Notes: generated from the letters alone by a model not told the origin. DNA of 64,000 bases from an uncultured bacterium (GCA_903911205.1 CAIWCL010000123.1:10819-74818), one strand, 5' to 3'; shown: positions 35,591 through 44,562, numbered from the stretch's first letter. A program made the numbers and translations.

Positions 35591-36640
35591 ATGAACGAGA
35601 TGGTTGATCCGCAGCATCCGATGCGTACGCGCGAGGGCAGCCGCCTTTGGCGCAGGCTGTTGAACGACTTCACCAGCGAGCCGTGGACCCTCTTGCGATG
35701 CGCGAAACTCCCTGGAATTGCGGCATTGTTCTGCCTTGTTGTGTCTGATGTGTTGACGGACAGCATTGCCGAGCTCCAGTGGCTTTGGTGGGTGCCGCGA
35801 TACATGCTTGCGACTTCGGCGCTCTTGTGGATTGTCTCGGTCTTCGCGTGGGCGAAGTGGGTTTCGCAGGACAAAACAGAGGCTCTTCGCTCGGCGATCT
35901 GGTCTGGCATCGCTGCGCTCCTCGTCCTGACGAGTTTCAGTCGTGTGTGGGGTCTGCCGCGCGGTCGCCCGGCGGATTCGCTACGCGTGATTCATTGGAA
36001 CGCGAGCCAACTCCAGGCCGACTTTGCTCCGGAAGCTGTTCGACAGTTACAAGAACTCGACCCCGATATCTTTCTCTTCACCGACACGAGTCCAGGGCTC
36101 GCGCAAGCGTGTCACCGCGCGTTTGTTCCGGCGGGGTATCGCGTCGAGAGTGCGGGCAAGTTCATTGCATTTTCTCGTGTGCCGATTGGGGAGGCGCGGG
36201 CGCTCGTCGCATCACGCGATCGATATGTTTCGCGATTTCAATTCGAGACACCGCGCGGAGATCTTGTCGTCGAACCGATCGATCTCCCGAGTCGCACGAC
36301 GCTTCCTCGCTACATCCTGTTGCGGTCGTTGCGTGCGGACATTCTGACGGTTCGAGAAGAGTCAAAACTGTCAGAGCCTGACGTCGTCTGTGGAGATTTC
36401 AACATCCCGCGCGGCAGCGCGTCTTTGGAGTTGCTCATTTCCGGAGCAGCAGAAGCCTTCGCCACGGCAGGCACCGGTTGGGGTGCCAGTTTTCCGCGCG
36501 ATTGGGCGTTCCTTTCGATCGACCTGACGTTCGTGCGTGCGCCATGGCGGACGTTGCGATCCGAGATCGTTGACTTCGGATTCGGTAGACACCGGGTGCA
36601 GGTCGTGGATCTCGCGTTGGATCAGGTTCGTCCAGGCTGA
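35591..36640 (+). CDS. membrane-anchored endonuclease/exonuclease/phosphatase (EEP) family protein
   Basis: Three predicted N-terminal TM helices, then VIHWNASQ, DPDIFLFTDT, VVCGDFNIPRGS and LSIDLTFV, the EEP catalytic motif order. Confidence 0.75.
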   Translation: MNEMVDPQHPMRTREGSRLWRRLLNDFTSEPWTLLRCAKLPGIAALFCLVVSDVLTDSIAELQWLWWVPRYMLATSALLWIVSVFAWAKWVSQDKTEALRSAIWSGIAALLVLTSFSRVWGLPRGRPADSLRVIHWNASQLQADFAPEAVRQLQELDPDIFLFTDTSPGLAQACHRAFVPAGYRVESAGKFIAFSRVPIGEARALVASRDRYVSRFQFETPRGDLVVEPIDLPSRTTLPRYILLRSLRADILTVREESKLSEPDVVCGDFNIPRGSASLELLISGAAEAFATAGTGWGASFPRDWAFLSIDLTFVRAPWRTLRSEIVDFGFGRHRVQVVDLALDQVRPG

Positions 36641-36722
36641 ACCGAGACAACCGCCATGCCGCCATGCATGCGACGATTCTCTCCCGAGCAGATTGGCCAG
36701 TGGATTCGTCGTTTCGCCCCTC

Positions 36723-36827
36723 GTGTCCAATGGGGACGTGTCCAATGGGGACGTGTCCGATGGGGACGTGTCCAATGGGGACGTGTCCAATGGGGACGTG
36801 TCCAATGGGGACGTGTCCAATGGGGGC
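36723..36827. repeat. intergenic 15-bp tandem repeat x7 (gtgtccaatggggac)
   Basis: Units start at 36723, 36738, 36753, 36768, 36783, 36798 and 36813, with one A>G variant. The block lies between two convergent 3' ends. A separate 16-bp x2 repeat (36837..36868, gcgtcactcgtcttgt/c) spans the stop of the DUF1559 gene. Confidence 0.95.
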
Positions 36828-36855
36828 CGAGCGCACGCGTCACTCGTCTTGTGCG

Positions 36856-37743
36856 TCACTCGTCTTGCGAGCCACCGGATGAGCTGTCGTTGTCGGTGGG
36901 CGGACGCGCGTCGATCCAACGCCACGCGTCTTGGAAGATCGTGTTCCCCATAAATGAGCTCACCGACTCAAAGGGGAGTGACTTGTAGATCGCGTTTCCG
37001 TGGTCAAGATGCCAATCGACGCTGCCGTCGCCCTTCAATCGATTGGTCCCCGTGACGTGATTGAAGTCACGGCGCGTTCGCATCCCGTCGACGACCAGCA
37101 CCGTCGAGGAGAGGTTCCGACCCTTCAGCGGGGTTCCAATCGGAGAGGTTGCCGATGGATCCATATGGGTGCGGTAGTGATAGTTGCCGTAGATCGGGCC
37201 GGTCCCGGATGCGGCGATGTCGCGGCTTTCGAGGCGACTCGCGTACTGCTCATACGGATGATCGCCGTGGTGGCAGGGGCAATAGAAGAGCCGCGGATCG
37301 GTGATGTCGAGCGTCGCGAGCAACAAGCCAAGACCGTCGAGCCGAGTTCCGAAGCGGGTGGTCAGAGCCATCGCTTCGCCCCACTCGGCGGTCTGTTGGT
37401 TCGCGGTCGCGTTGAAGCGCGGAAGGCAGTCGTTGAAGCGCTCGGTGTATTCGACAAGTCCGCAGCCGATTTGCCGCAGGTTGCTCATGCATCGGACGCG
37501 GCCGGACGCCGCGCGCGCATGCGACAGCACAGGCATCAAGACGCCAGTCAAGATGGCGACGATGCCAATCACGACCAGCAATTCGACGATGGTGAACCCG
37601 CACGCGAGCCGCCCTGCGTGGCCCGCTCGAGTTCGAGCGTGGGATGCTGCGCCGAACAGGCGCGCGGGGCGTGCATCACACGGGGCTTCGGTGGTGACAT
37701 TTGCTGCAACGCCGTCGATGGAAGCGAAATCCCGCCCTTGCAT
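36856..37743 (-). CDS. DUF1559 / H-X9-DG protein with a prepilin-type N-terminal methylation motif
   Basis: GFTIVELLVVIGIVAILTGVLMPVLSHARAASGRVRCMSNLRQIG and the C-terminal HVTGTNRLKGDGSVDW. Start is uncertain: the nearest Met gives an unusually long ~48-aa leader, and a GTG/TTG start is possible. Confidence 0.75.
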   Translation of the reverse strand: MQGRDFASIDGVAANVTTEAPCDARPARLFGAASHARTRAGHAGRLACGFTIVELLVVIGIVAILTGVLMPVLSHARAASGRVRCMSNLRQIGCGLVEYTERFNDCLPRFNATANQQTAEWGEAMALTTRFGTRLDGLGLLLATLDITDPRLFYCPCHHGDHPYEQYASRLESRDIAASGTGPIYGNYHYRTHMDPSATSPIGTPLKGRNLSSTVLVVDGMRTRRDFNHVTGTNRLKGDGSVDWHLDHGNAIYKSLPFESVSSFMGNTIFQDAWRWIDARPPTDNDSSSGGSQDE

Positions 37744-38320
37744 CGCTGCACGGGTGAGATCGGTTCTTCGGATGTCGCGGCCGTGATGCACGCGAAGGCT
37801 CCGGATCGGGGTGCGGAGTGTCGAAGGTCGAACGTGATGACCCCGAGGGGAACGAATCGGGGGGTGTCGGAGGATGCCGGGTTGAGACGGAACCTCAGAG
37901 ACAACAACGTAACTCATGTTCTTGGGGAGCGAAACCGGATCTCAATGGAATTGACACAGAACGCGAGTACATTTGCCCGGATCCGCCGCCGGCTCTGGCC
38001 CTCGCCCGTTGAGGTGGGTGAGGTGGGGTGAGGTCGCAGGTCGCTTGGGCGGTCGAAAGGCAGACTTGCGCAGCCCTGATCGGGTGCAAATCGTTGCGCG
38101 GGACCCTGTCGATCTGCGCGGTCTAGGCCGCGGGATGGACTGCCAAACGCGTGGGTCGTTCTAAAAGTACAGTGCGCAATGCCGTTCGCGGGCGCGAGAG
38201 GCCGAGAGATGAGGCTGAAGAGAGAAGCACGGAAAAGTGCCGAGGCCTAGAGCGCTCCGGCCTGAAGCGCTGAAGTTTTGATTGGCAGGGCAGCCGTCCG
38301 TCGTTGCGGGTGACACCGAA

Positions 38321-38367
38321 ATTCTGATCAATCACGATTCTGATCAATCACGATTCTGATCAACCAC
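38321..38367. repeat. 16-bp direct repeat x~3 (attctgatcaatcacg) ending at the ECF sigma start codon
   Basis: Units at 38321, 38337 and 38353 (the last is degenerate). Each carries the palindrome TGATCA. The ATG is at 38368. Confidence 0.9.
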
Positions 38368-38943
38368 ATGGATCAACAGGAACACACCGACTGGGAACTC
38401 ATGCAGCGGGTCGCCGCCTCAGACGAGGTTGCGATCGACGAGCTGTACCGTCGATTTGGTGCTCTTGTGTATCAATCTGCCCGGCAAGTGCTGCGATCTC
38501 GTGCGGAAACAGAAGATGCTGTCCAGGAAGTATTCGTCCGACTCTGGAAGACTGCGGATCGCTTCGATCCGCATCGGGCGAAACTGGTGACCTGGGTCAT
38601 GCTCATTTCCAGGCGTCATCTGATCGATCGGCTTCGACGCCAGTCGGCACGGCCCGATCGGGCGGAACTGGATACTTCTCGGACCGACGCGGGAGGGGCG
38701 ATCGCTCGTCCCGAAGCGCAGGGACGCACCGAAGGTGAAGAAGGGCGCGAGCGGCTCAGGCGCCAGCTCGCACGGCTCCCAGAACTGCAGCGTTCGGTCA
38801 TCGAGCGCGCGTATTTGCAGGGCTTCAGTCTTCGTGAAATTGCAGAACAGTTGAACGCGCCGCTCGGAACCGTCAAGAGCGCGTTAAGCCGGGGGCTGAC
38901 GCGTCTTCGTGAGCTTGAAGGGGCGCGGGAGGAGCACGGATGA
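38368..38943 (+). CDS. ECF-type RNA polymerase sigma-70 family factor
   Basis: Region 2 DAVQEVFVRLWKTADRFDPHRAKLVTWVMLISRRHLIDRLR and region 4 LPELQRSVIERAYLQGFSLREIAEQLNAPLGTVKSALSRGLTRLRE. Confidence 0.9.
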   Translation: MDQQEHTDWELMQRVAASDEVAIDELYRRFGALVYQSARQVLRSRAETEDAVQEVFVRLWKTADRFDPHRAKLVTWVMLISRRHLIDRLRRQSARPDRAELDTSRTDAGGAIARPEAQGRTEGEEGRERLRRQLARLPELQRSVIERAYLQGFSLREIAEQLNAPLGTVKSALSRGLTRLRELEGAREEHG

Positions 38944-39470
38944 GTTGCTCGGAAGAAGTGGAGATGCTCCGTGGGTGCTGTGTTGTGCTGCCACGTGGTT
39001 CTTGGTCGGGATGACCTCTCTTCTCGTCCGAACGACCGCTGGCGTGCGCGAGCGGACATCGGAGGCTTGGCGGAGCGAATGAGTTTGTTGTCTGGCGCCG
39101 GATCGGACAAAAGAATTGTGGGATCGAGCACGCAACCAATTTCGAAGGGCTTCCGTATGTGGGGTGCGGGCAAGAGGTTTCGCCCGAGTCGGATCACGCT
39201 CGTGAAAGCACTCCGGTTGAAGCCATCCGGAAACGGTCCGCGCGGTTTCCCGTCAGATGAAGTGAAAGTTTGGGTGTATCGAACTAGTCGGTGAAGTAGT
39301 CTGTGAGATCGTTGACGAAGTGGTTTCGAGCATGGAGTGTGTTACATCGAGTTGGGGCGTTTCCTCTTCGCTCCACGTAGGTCTCGTCCTTCATTACTCC
39401 GCGCTCGCGTGGATGAGAAACGTCCTTGTTCTTTCCTGTGCGCTCTCAAGAAGAGAGGCACGAGCGAGAT

Positions 39471-39547
39471 GAGAGCTGAGAGAGCTGAGAGCGCTGAGAG
39501 CGCTGAGAGAGCTGAGAGAGCTGAGAGAGCTGAGAGAGCTGAGAGAG
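39471..39547. repeat. 9-bp microsatellite x8.5 (gagagctga / gagcgctga)
   Basis: Eight complete units from 39471 to 39542 plus a partial unit. It ends 15 nt before ATG 39563 of the putative anti-sigma gene. Confidence 0.95.
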
Positions 39548-39562
39548 TTGTCTGGGTATCCA

Positions 39563-40579
39563 ATGTCTGAAGTCGAAGGAACCAATTTCACCCGCGAAGA
39601 ACTGCTTGAGCTTGCTCAGTTCGAGATGCTCGGCGTCCTCGATCCAGTCGAAACGGCCAGCTTTGAGCGTGCGTTCGCGCTCGCGACACCGTCAGTTCAA
39701 GCGGAGATCATCGCGCTCCAAGCTCGAGTTGCTGAAGATCCGACCTTCCGCGCGCATGGAGAGCAGCCGTCAGCCGCACTCTTACTCCGCACGATGGCGA
39801 GAGTGGTCGATGCCATGGAATCGGAGAGCCAAAGTGCGCAGCCGATCGCGACGATCGGGCCAAGGAATACAAGGAATTCAGGGAACACAAGGCATACGGG
39901 GAACCCGGGGAATCTCGGGAGTTTTGGCTCGCAACCTTTCGGGCAGCGTCACGGCATGAAGAGCGAGGCGTTCGATGGCGCGCTCTCGGCGAGTGCCGCG
40001 GACGGCTCTGTGTCCGCCACGTCGATGACCGAAGCATCCATGCGCGAGATTCTCGCGGAAGTTGCCGCGCGGAATGCAAGCACCCCGCCGCAGAAGCAAC
40101 TCGTTTGGCGCGCCGCGTCGTTCTTCTTGTTCGCAGGGCTTTGCGTCGCGCTCTTCTTCAATCAGCAAGTGTCGAGAACGGCGATGCAACTCGCGGCAAG
40201 CGTGAACGAACGCGCGTTGAGCCCGGAATCGCTTGCGGCGGCACGTGAAATTGCGCCGTTTGACATTGCGACGGCTCAGCATGTTGATCTCGCACTCGTC
40301 ATCGGTGAGTCGCGCGCCCACGCTCACGCACTCCTGCATCGCGCAGACGACCGCTCGAGTGGGCGGATTCTCGTTCAAGGAATCGGCGCCAATCGTCGCG
40401 AAGTGATTCGCGTGGTGGTCAAGGATCGAGAAGGCAAGGTGCTCGATACGCGTCAGGCGAACGCCACTGAAGGCGGACTTTTCGCGGCATACATCGAGGT
40501 CGAGTCGCTTCCAGCCGCGGTCACCATCGAGGTCGAACTCGAAGGCGGCGCGACATTCCGCGCCAGTTACGCGACCTAA
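39563..40579 (+). CDS. putative single-pass anti-sigma factor (RskA-like N-terminus)
   Basis: N-terminus EELLELAQFEMLGVLDPVETASFERAFALATPSVQAEIIALQARVAEDP resembles anti-sigma-K-type sigma-binding helices. One TM helix (LVWRAASFFLFAGLCVALFF). Same strand as the ECF sigma gene, 620 bp downstream. Confidence 0.55.
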   Translation: MSEVEGTNFTREELLELAQFEMLGVLDPVETASFERAFALATPSVQAEIIALQARVAEDPTFRAHGEQPSAALLLRTMARVVDAMESESQSAQPIATIGPRNTRNSGNTRHTGNPGNLGSFGSQPFGQRHGMKSEAFDGALSASAADGSVSATSMTEASMREILAEVAARNASTPPQKQLVWRAASFFLFAGLCVALFFNQQVSRTAMQLAASVNERALSPESLAAAREIAPFDIATAQHVDLALVIGESRAHAHALLHRADDRSSGRILVQGIGANRREVIRVVVKDREGKVLDTRQANATEGGLFAAYIEVESLPAAVTIEVELEGGATFRASYAT

Positions 40580-40610
40580 GCCGCGTGTTCTCCCCGCAAT
40601 CGCGCGGAGC

Positions 40611-42734
40611 TCAGCCGCTCTTGCGCATCCACTCTTCTTCGAGTTCTGACTGTTCGCGGCCGAGTTCCTCGCGCCGCGTCACGAGTTTTTTCGTCTTCGC
40701 CGGGTCGCTTGCGGTCTTCGGGTCTGCAAACTCGAAATCGATCTCCATCAGTTCGCGACCGATGTCCGCGATGCGCGCTTCGAGTTTCTCGAGTGCGAGG
40801 TTCGAGTACTTGTTCCGTGCTCTTCCGGCGGCAGGCTTTGCCGCGGGAGGAGATACGGGCTTGGCGAGCGAAGGTGATGTTGGTGGCGATGTTGAAGCCG
40901 ATGTTGACTTCGACTTCGACGTCGATTGGGACTGCGAGGTTGCATTCGAGGTTGAATTCGAGGTTGAATTCGAGGTTGAATTCGAATCGGTGGGTTTCCC
41001 CGCATGTTTTGGAGCGGGTTTTGCATCCAACTTCTTCGCGCGCGCGGCTGCTTCCGAAGCTTCGGCTTTTTGCTTGGCTTCCCAGTCGCGATAGGTGCCT
41101 TCAAAGACGCGCGCGTTGCCAGCGCCGTCGAGGATGACGAATTTGTCGCACACGTCATCGAGCAGCGCGCGATCGTGGGAGATCAAGAGCAGCACGCCGC
41201 CGTGTCCGCCTTTGCCGCCGATCTTTGTGCGATCGACATCGCCAAACTTGTCGAGTGCTTCTTCAAGTCGCTCCGCGCTAGGGATGTCGAGGTGGTTGGT
41301 CGGTTCGTCAAGGATCAGCAAGTTCTTCGCGCTGGCGATGAGCGACGCGAGCACAAGTCGACCGCGCTCGCCGCCGGAGAGGTCGCCGATCGCTTTGTCC
41401 TGTTCTTCACCCGTGAAAAGGAAGGCTCCAGCGAGATTGCGTGCTTCCTGTTCGCTTGCGCGCGGCGCGCCTTCGAGGGAGCGAATCGTGTTCTGGAGGA
41501 ACTCCCATGCGAGGACGTTGCGATCGATGTGGTCCTGCGTTTGACGGAACCAGCCAATCGAAAGGCGCGGCGAACGCTTGATTTCGCCCGAGTCGCTTTC
41601 AAGGTCGCCAAGCAGCGTGCGAACGAGTGTCGTCTTGCCAGCGCCGTTCGGGCCAATGATGCCGATGCGATCTCCAGGACGCGCGGAAAGATTGAGATTT
41701 CGGAAGCAGACTCGATCGCCGAAACTCTTCGAGATGTTCTCTGCCACAAAGGCGAAATCGCCCATCGGCGGTGGATCAGGAAGATCGAGATTCATCACGC
41801 CCAACTCTGCGTGCTTCTCGACCAAGCTCTCTTCTTTGAATCGCTCGAGCCGCGTTTCGCGGCCGCGTGCCTGTTTCGCGCGTTGACCCGCACGATAGCG
41901 GTCGATGAAGGCTTGCTCTTGGCGAATACGATCTTGCTGTTTCTCGTGTTGGCGCTCGACCGTCAGCATGCGCTCGGCACGCAGCGCGCGGAATGCCGCA
42001 TAGTTTCCGGGGTATTCGCGCAAGACGCCGCGATCGATCTCGATAATGCGATTGACGACGCGATCGAGCAGCCAACGGTCGTGTGAGATGAGGACGACAG
42101 AGCCCTTGAATTCGTCAGCGAGGAACTCTTCCAACCAACGCCGACCTTCGATATCGAGGTGGTTTGTCGGCTCGTCGAGGAGAAGCAAATCTGGGCTCGA
42201 AAGCAGAAGTCGCGCGAGGCCAAGTCGTGCTTTCTGTCCGCCAGAAAGGCCCCGAACGGGAAGCTCAAAGTCCTCGTCGGTGAACCCGAGACCATGGAGC
42301 GCAGCGTCGATCTTGTGGTCGACCGCGTAACCACCCGCGGCGTCGATGCGCTCTTCGATCGCAACCTGACGGTTCATCAACTTCTCAAGTTCGTCGGGTT
42401 CAGCCGTCGCCATGCGGTCATAGACCGACTCAAGTTCAGCCTTCAACGCTTCGATCGCGGCAAACGCCTCTGCGGCCGCCCCGCGGAGGGTCTTCTCTTG
42501 CGGGAGTTTGGGATCCTGTTCGAGGTAACCAATGCGCACAGTGCGCGCAATCTGCACTTCGCCGTCGTCGGGCTTGAGGAGTCCCGCGATCAACTTGAAG
42601 AGCGTGCTCTTGCCGCAACCGTTGCGGCCGACAAGACCGACACGCTCGCCTTCATGGATCGAACCGCTCACCCCATCGAGCAGAAGGCGCGTTCCATGGC
42701 CGAAGCGAAGATTGGCAAGAGTGACGAGCGACAC
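40611..42734 (-). CDS. ABC-F family ATPase (two ABC domains, no TM; Uup/EttA-like) with a low-complexity C-terminal extension
   Basis: Two Walker A motifs (GRNGCGKST, GPNGAGKTT) and two signatures (LSGGQKARL, LSGGERGRL). The C-terminus has NSTSNSTSNSTSN and K/E-rich coiled-coil-like sequence. Confidence 0.9.
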   Translation of the reverse strand: MSLVTLANLRFGHGTRLLLDGVSGSIHEGERVGLVGRNGCGKSTLFKLIAGLLKPDDGEVQIARTVRIGYLEQDPKLPQEKTLRGAAAEAFAAIEALKAELESVYDRMATAEPDELEKLMNRQVAIEERIDAAGGYAVDHKIDAALHGLGFTDEDFELPVRGLSGGQKARLGLARLLLSSPDLLLLDEPTNHLDIEGRRWLEEFLADEFKGSVVLISHDRWLLDRVVNRIIEIDRGVLREYPGNYAAFRALRAERMLTVERQHEKQQDRIRQEQAFIDRYRAGQRAKQARGRETRLERFKEESLVEKHAELGVMNLDLPDPPPMGDFAFVAENISKSFGDRVCFRNLNLSARPGDRIGIIGPNGAGKTTLVRTLLGDLESDSGEIKRSPRLSIGWFRQTQDHIDRNVLAWEFLQNTIRSLEGAPRASEQEARNLAGAFLFTGEEQDKAIGDLSGGERGRLVLASLIASAKNLLILDEPTNHLDIPSAERLEEALDKFGDVDRTKIGGKGGHGGVLLLISHDRALLDDVCDKFVILDGAGNARVFEGTYRDWEAKQKAEASEAAARAKKLDAKPAPKHAGKPTDSNSTSNSTSNSTSNATSQSQSTSKSKSTSASTSPPTSPSLAKPVSPPAAKPAAGRARNKYSNLALEKLEARIADIGRELMEIDFEFADPKTASDPAKTKKLVTRREELGREQSELEEEWMRKSG

Positions 42735-42868
42735 GACGAGGTGAGCCTCAAAACAAACGTGGAGCCGCCAATCGGCGGGAAGAACTCAAAATGGAAGAGC
42801 GAGAGCGTAGCAGCGACGCGGGATTCACGCCGTCGACGGCATCGACTCGCGGAGATCGCTCGGGTGCT

Positions 42869-43759
42869 TCAAGGATTTTTGGGTACGGGCAGGCCGCGCC
42901 ACTCCCAAATCCATGCGACGAGGCGTCGATCGCGAGGTGGCAGCACTGCGCGAAACGCAGCGGCCGTCAGCGAAGGTGCGAGGAGCGCCGCGAGCGCAGC
43001 GAGGCAGCAAAGCACTGTGGTTCCGAGGATCGCGAAATGTGCGTAATTCGCGTCGACAGCCGCGTCTTGCCAGTTTGTGGCAATTCTTCCGCTCATGGCA
43101 AAAAGCGGCGATGGTCCTGTGATCAAGAGGCAACCAGTGAGGACGGGCGTCATTCCTACAAGCGCCCGTTGGAGCAGGGGACGTCGGAGTGCGGCGAGTC
43201 CAAGAAAGAGCGCGAATGGGAAGACGATCAATCCACCGAGAAAGACAAACGTCACAAACGGCAGCAAGGCTTCAAGGGACCATCGGGAACTCGCGAGCGC
43301 GGCCTGTCCGGCATCGCTTTCGAGCCACGCTCGATCTGCGGCGTTCCAGCTGCCTTGGGCGTTTGGGTCGTCGTGCAGGGGATGGGCCTCGGCGAACGCG
43401 CGGTACACCGAATCCGCGGACGCGGTCGACGCGGACATCGCGGCTCCAGTCGCGAAGCCGCCACTTGCGCCCGCGAGGAGGATGACGATGGCAAGTGCCG
43501 TCGCGACAAGACCTGATGCAACGACGGTCTTCATGCGGTTCAACCACGGCGTCGCACTCGGATACTCCATGAGCGCCGTTGCCATTCCGCATTCGCCGCA
43601 GCGGACGTACAAAAGCCCTGTCGATTGTTCGCGTTCAATGGTGCGTCCAAACAGCGGATGCAAGCAATTCGTACACGTGCGATCGCCCGTGAGTGTTTCG
43701 CGCGGTGCGGACTTGGGCGCTTCACGGACTTCCGGAGTTCGCGGATCGGCGTCGTTCAT
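42869..43759 (-). CDS. zinc-ribbon membrane protein (paralogue 2), function unknown
   Basis: MNDADPRT..., CTNCLHPLFG...VRCGECG (CxxC...CxxC) followed by ~5 hydrophobic helices. ATGA overlap with the upstream paralogue. Confidence 0.6.
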   Translation of the reverse strand: MNDADPRTPEVREAPKSAPRETLTGDRTCTNCLHPLFGRTIEREQSTGLLYVRCGECGMATALMEYPSATPWLNRMKTVVASGLVATALAIVILLAGASGGFATGAAMSASTASADSVYRAFAEAHPLHDDPNAQGSWNAADRAWLESDAGQAALASSRWSLEALLPFVTFVFLGGLIVFPFALFLGLAALRRPLLQRALVGMTPVLTGCLLITGPSPLFAMSGRIATNWQDAAVDANYAHFAILGTTVLCCLAALAALLAPSLTAAAFRAVLPPRDRRLVAWIWEWRGLPVPKNP

Positions 43760-44481
43760 AGCGTCTCTTGCTGCGGTGCGGCGTTGCGCGTTGTTCGAAT
43801 CGATCGTGGTTCGGGCGCGAGGCCGCGAAGTCGATCGGCATGGACACGGAAGTGGCGTCGGAGAATCGTGCGCGAAATTCGGTTGGCGAGCGGTTTCAAG
43901 AGAAGCGCCAAGCACACGCTCATCAACACAGGAATCGCGAGATACGCGAAGTAGGTTGCGAAGCCCATGTTGGTATGAATCTCTCTGAGGAAATACGAGA
44001 TTTCGCGGTACTGCGGCGTCATTCCCAGCACAATGAGCGCCATCGGTACGGGAAGCGCGCCGAGGAGCCATGCGCATGCGAGCCTCGTAGAGAGACCGCG
44101 ATGCGGTGCGAAGAGCACGGCTGAAACCGCTGCGGACAGCGCCATAAACCCGCCGAGAAGGAAGACCAACGCGATCACTTCCGGGCCGTTGCCCTTGTTG
44201 ATCGGCGTTGCAAAGAACGAAGCTTCGTTGCCGAGAATCGCAGCGTAAATCGACGCAAGCAGCCCTGCGAGTTGCCCGGTCGCGAGGGCAACGCCCAGTC
44301 GGAGATTGAGTGCGCGCGTTCGCGCCCAAAGGCGAAATGCCTCGCGTCCTCGACGTGGGCTCCAGCGCACTGCGGTGCCGCAGCGCGGACAGCGTGCAAC
44401 CCACATCGCGACCGACGGCGCGAAGGATCGCGACGATCCGTCGAGCGGCTTGCCGCAAGAGGCGCAGGCGTGCGAGAGCAT
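43756..44481 (-). CDS. zinc-ribbon membrane protein (paralogue 1), function unknown
   Basis: MLSHACASCGKPLDG...ARCPRCGTAVRW (CxxC...CxxC) followed by ~5 hydrophobic helices. Confidence 0.6.
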   Translation of the reverse strand: MLSHACASCGKPLDGSSRSFAPSVAMWVARCPRCGTAVRWSPRRGREAFRLWARTRALNLRLGVALATGQLAGLLASIYAAILGNEASFFATPINKGNGPEVIALVFLLGGFMALSAAVSAVLFAPHRGLSTRLACAWLLGALPVPMALIVLGMTPQYREISYFLREIHTNMGFATYFAYLAIPVLMSVCLALLLKPLANRISRTILRRHFRVHADRLRGLAPEPRSIRTTRNAAPQQETL

Positions 44482-44562
44482 CGGCGCAGGATAGCCGGGG
44501 TTTTCCGTACTCCGCGCCTGTCAGGCGTGGGCGTACACTGCGCGCCCCTCATCACTGTTGCC

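Noticed and set aside
36723-36827. Tandem arrays (also 62111..62215, 39471..39547) considered as CRISPR arrays
   Set aside because: The units are directly adjacent with no spacers, the unit length (9-15 bp) is far below CRISPR repeat size, and no cas genes are present.
38971-39294. 107-aa plus-strand ORF in the sigma/anti-sigma spacer
   Set aside because: It has no start-context support, odd composition, no TM segment or anti-sigma motif, and lies in a region whose sequence looks non-coding. It is treated as part of the spacer; see the finding on a possible decayed gene.
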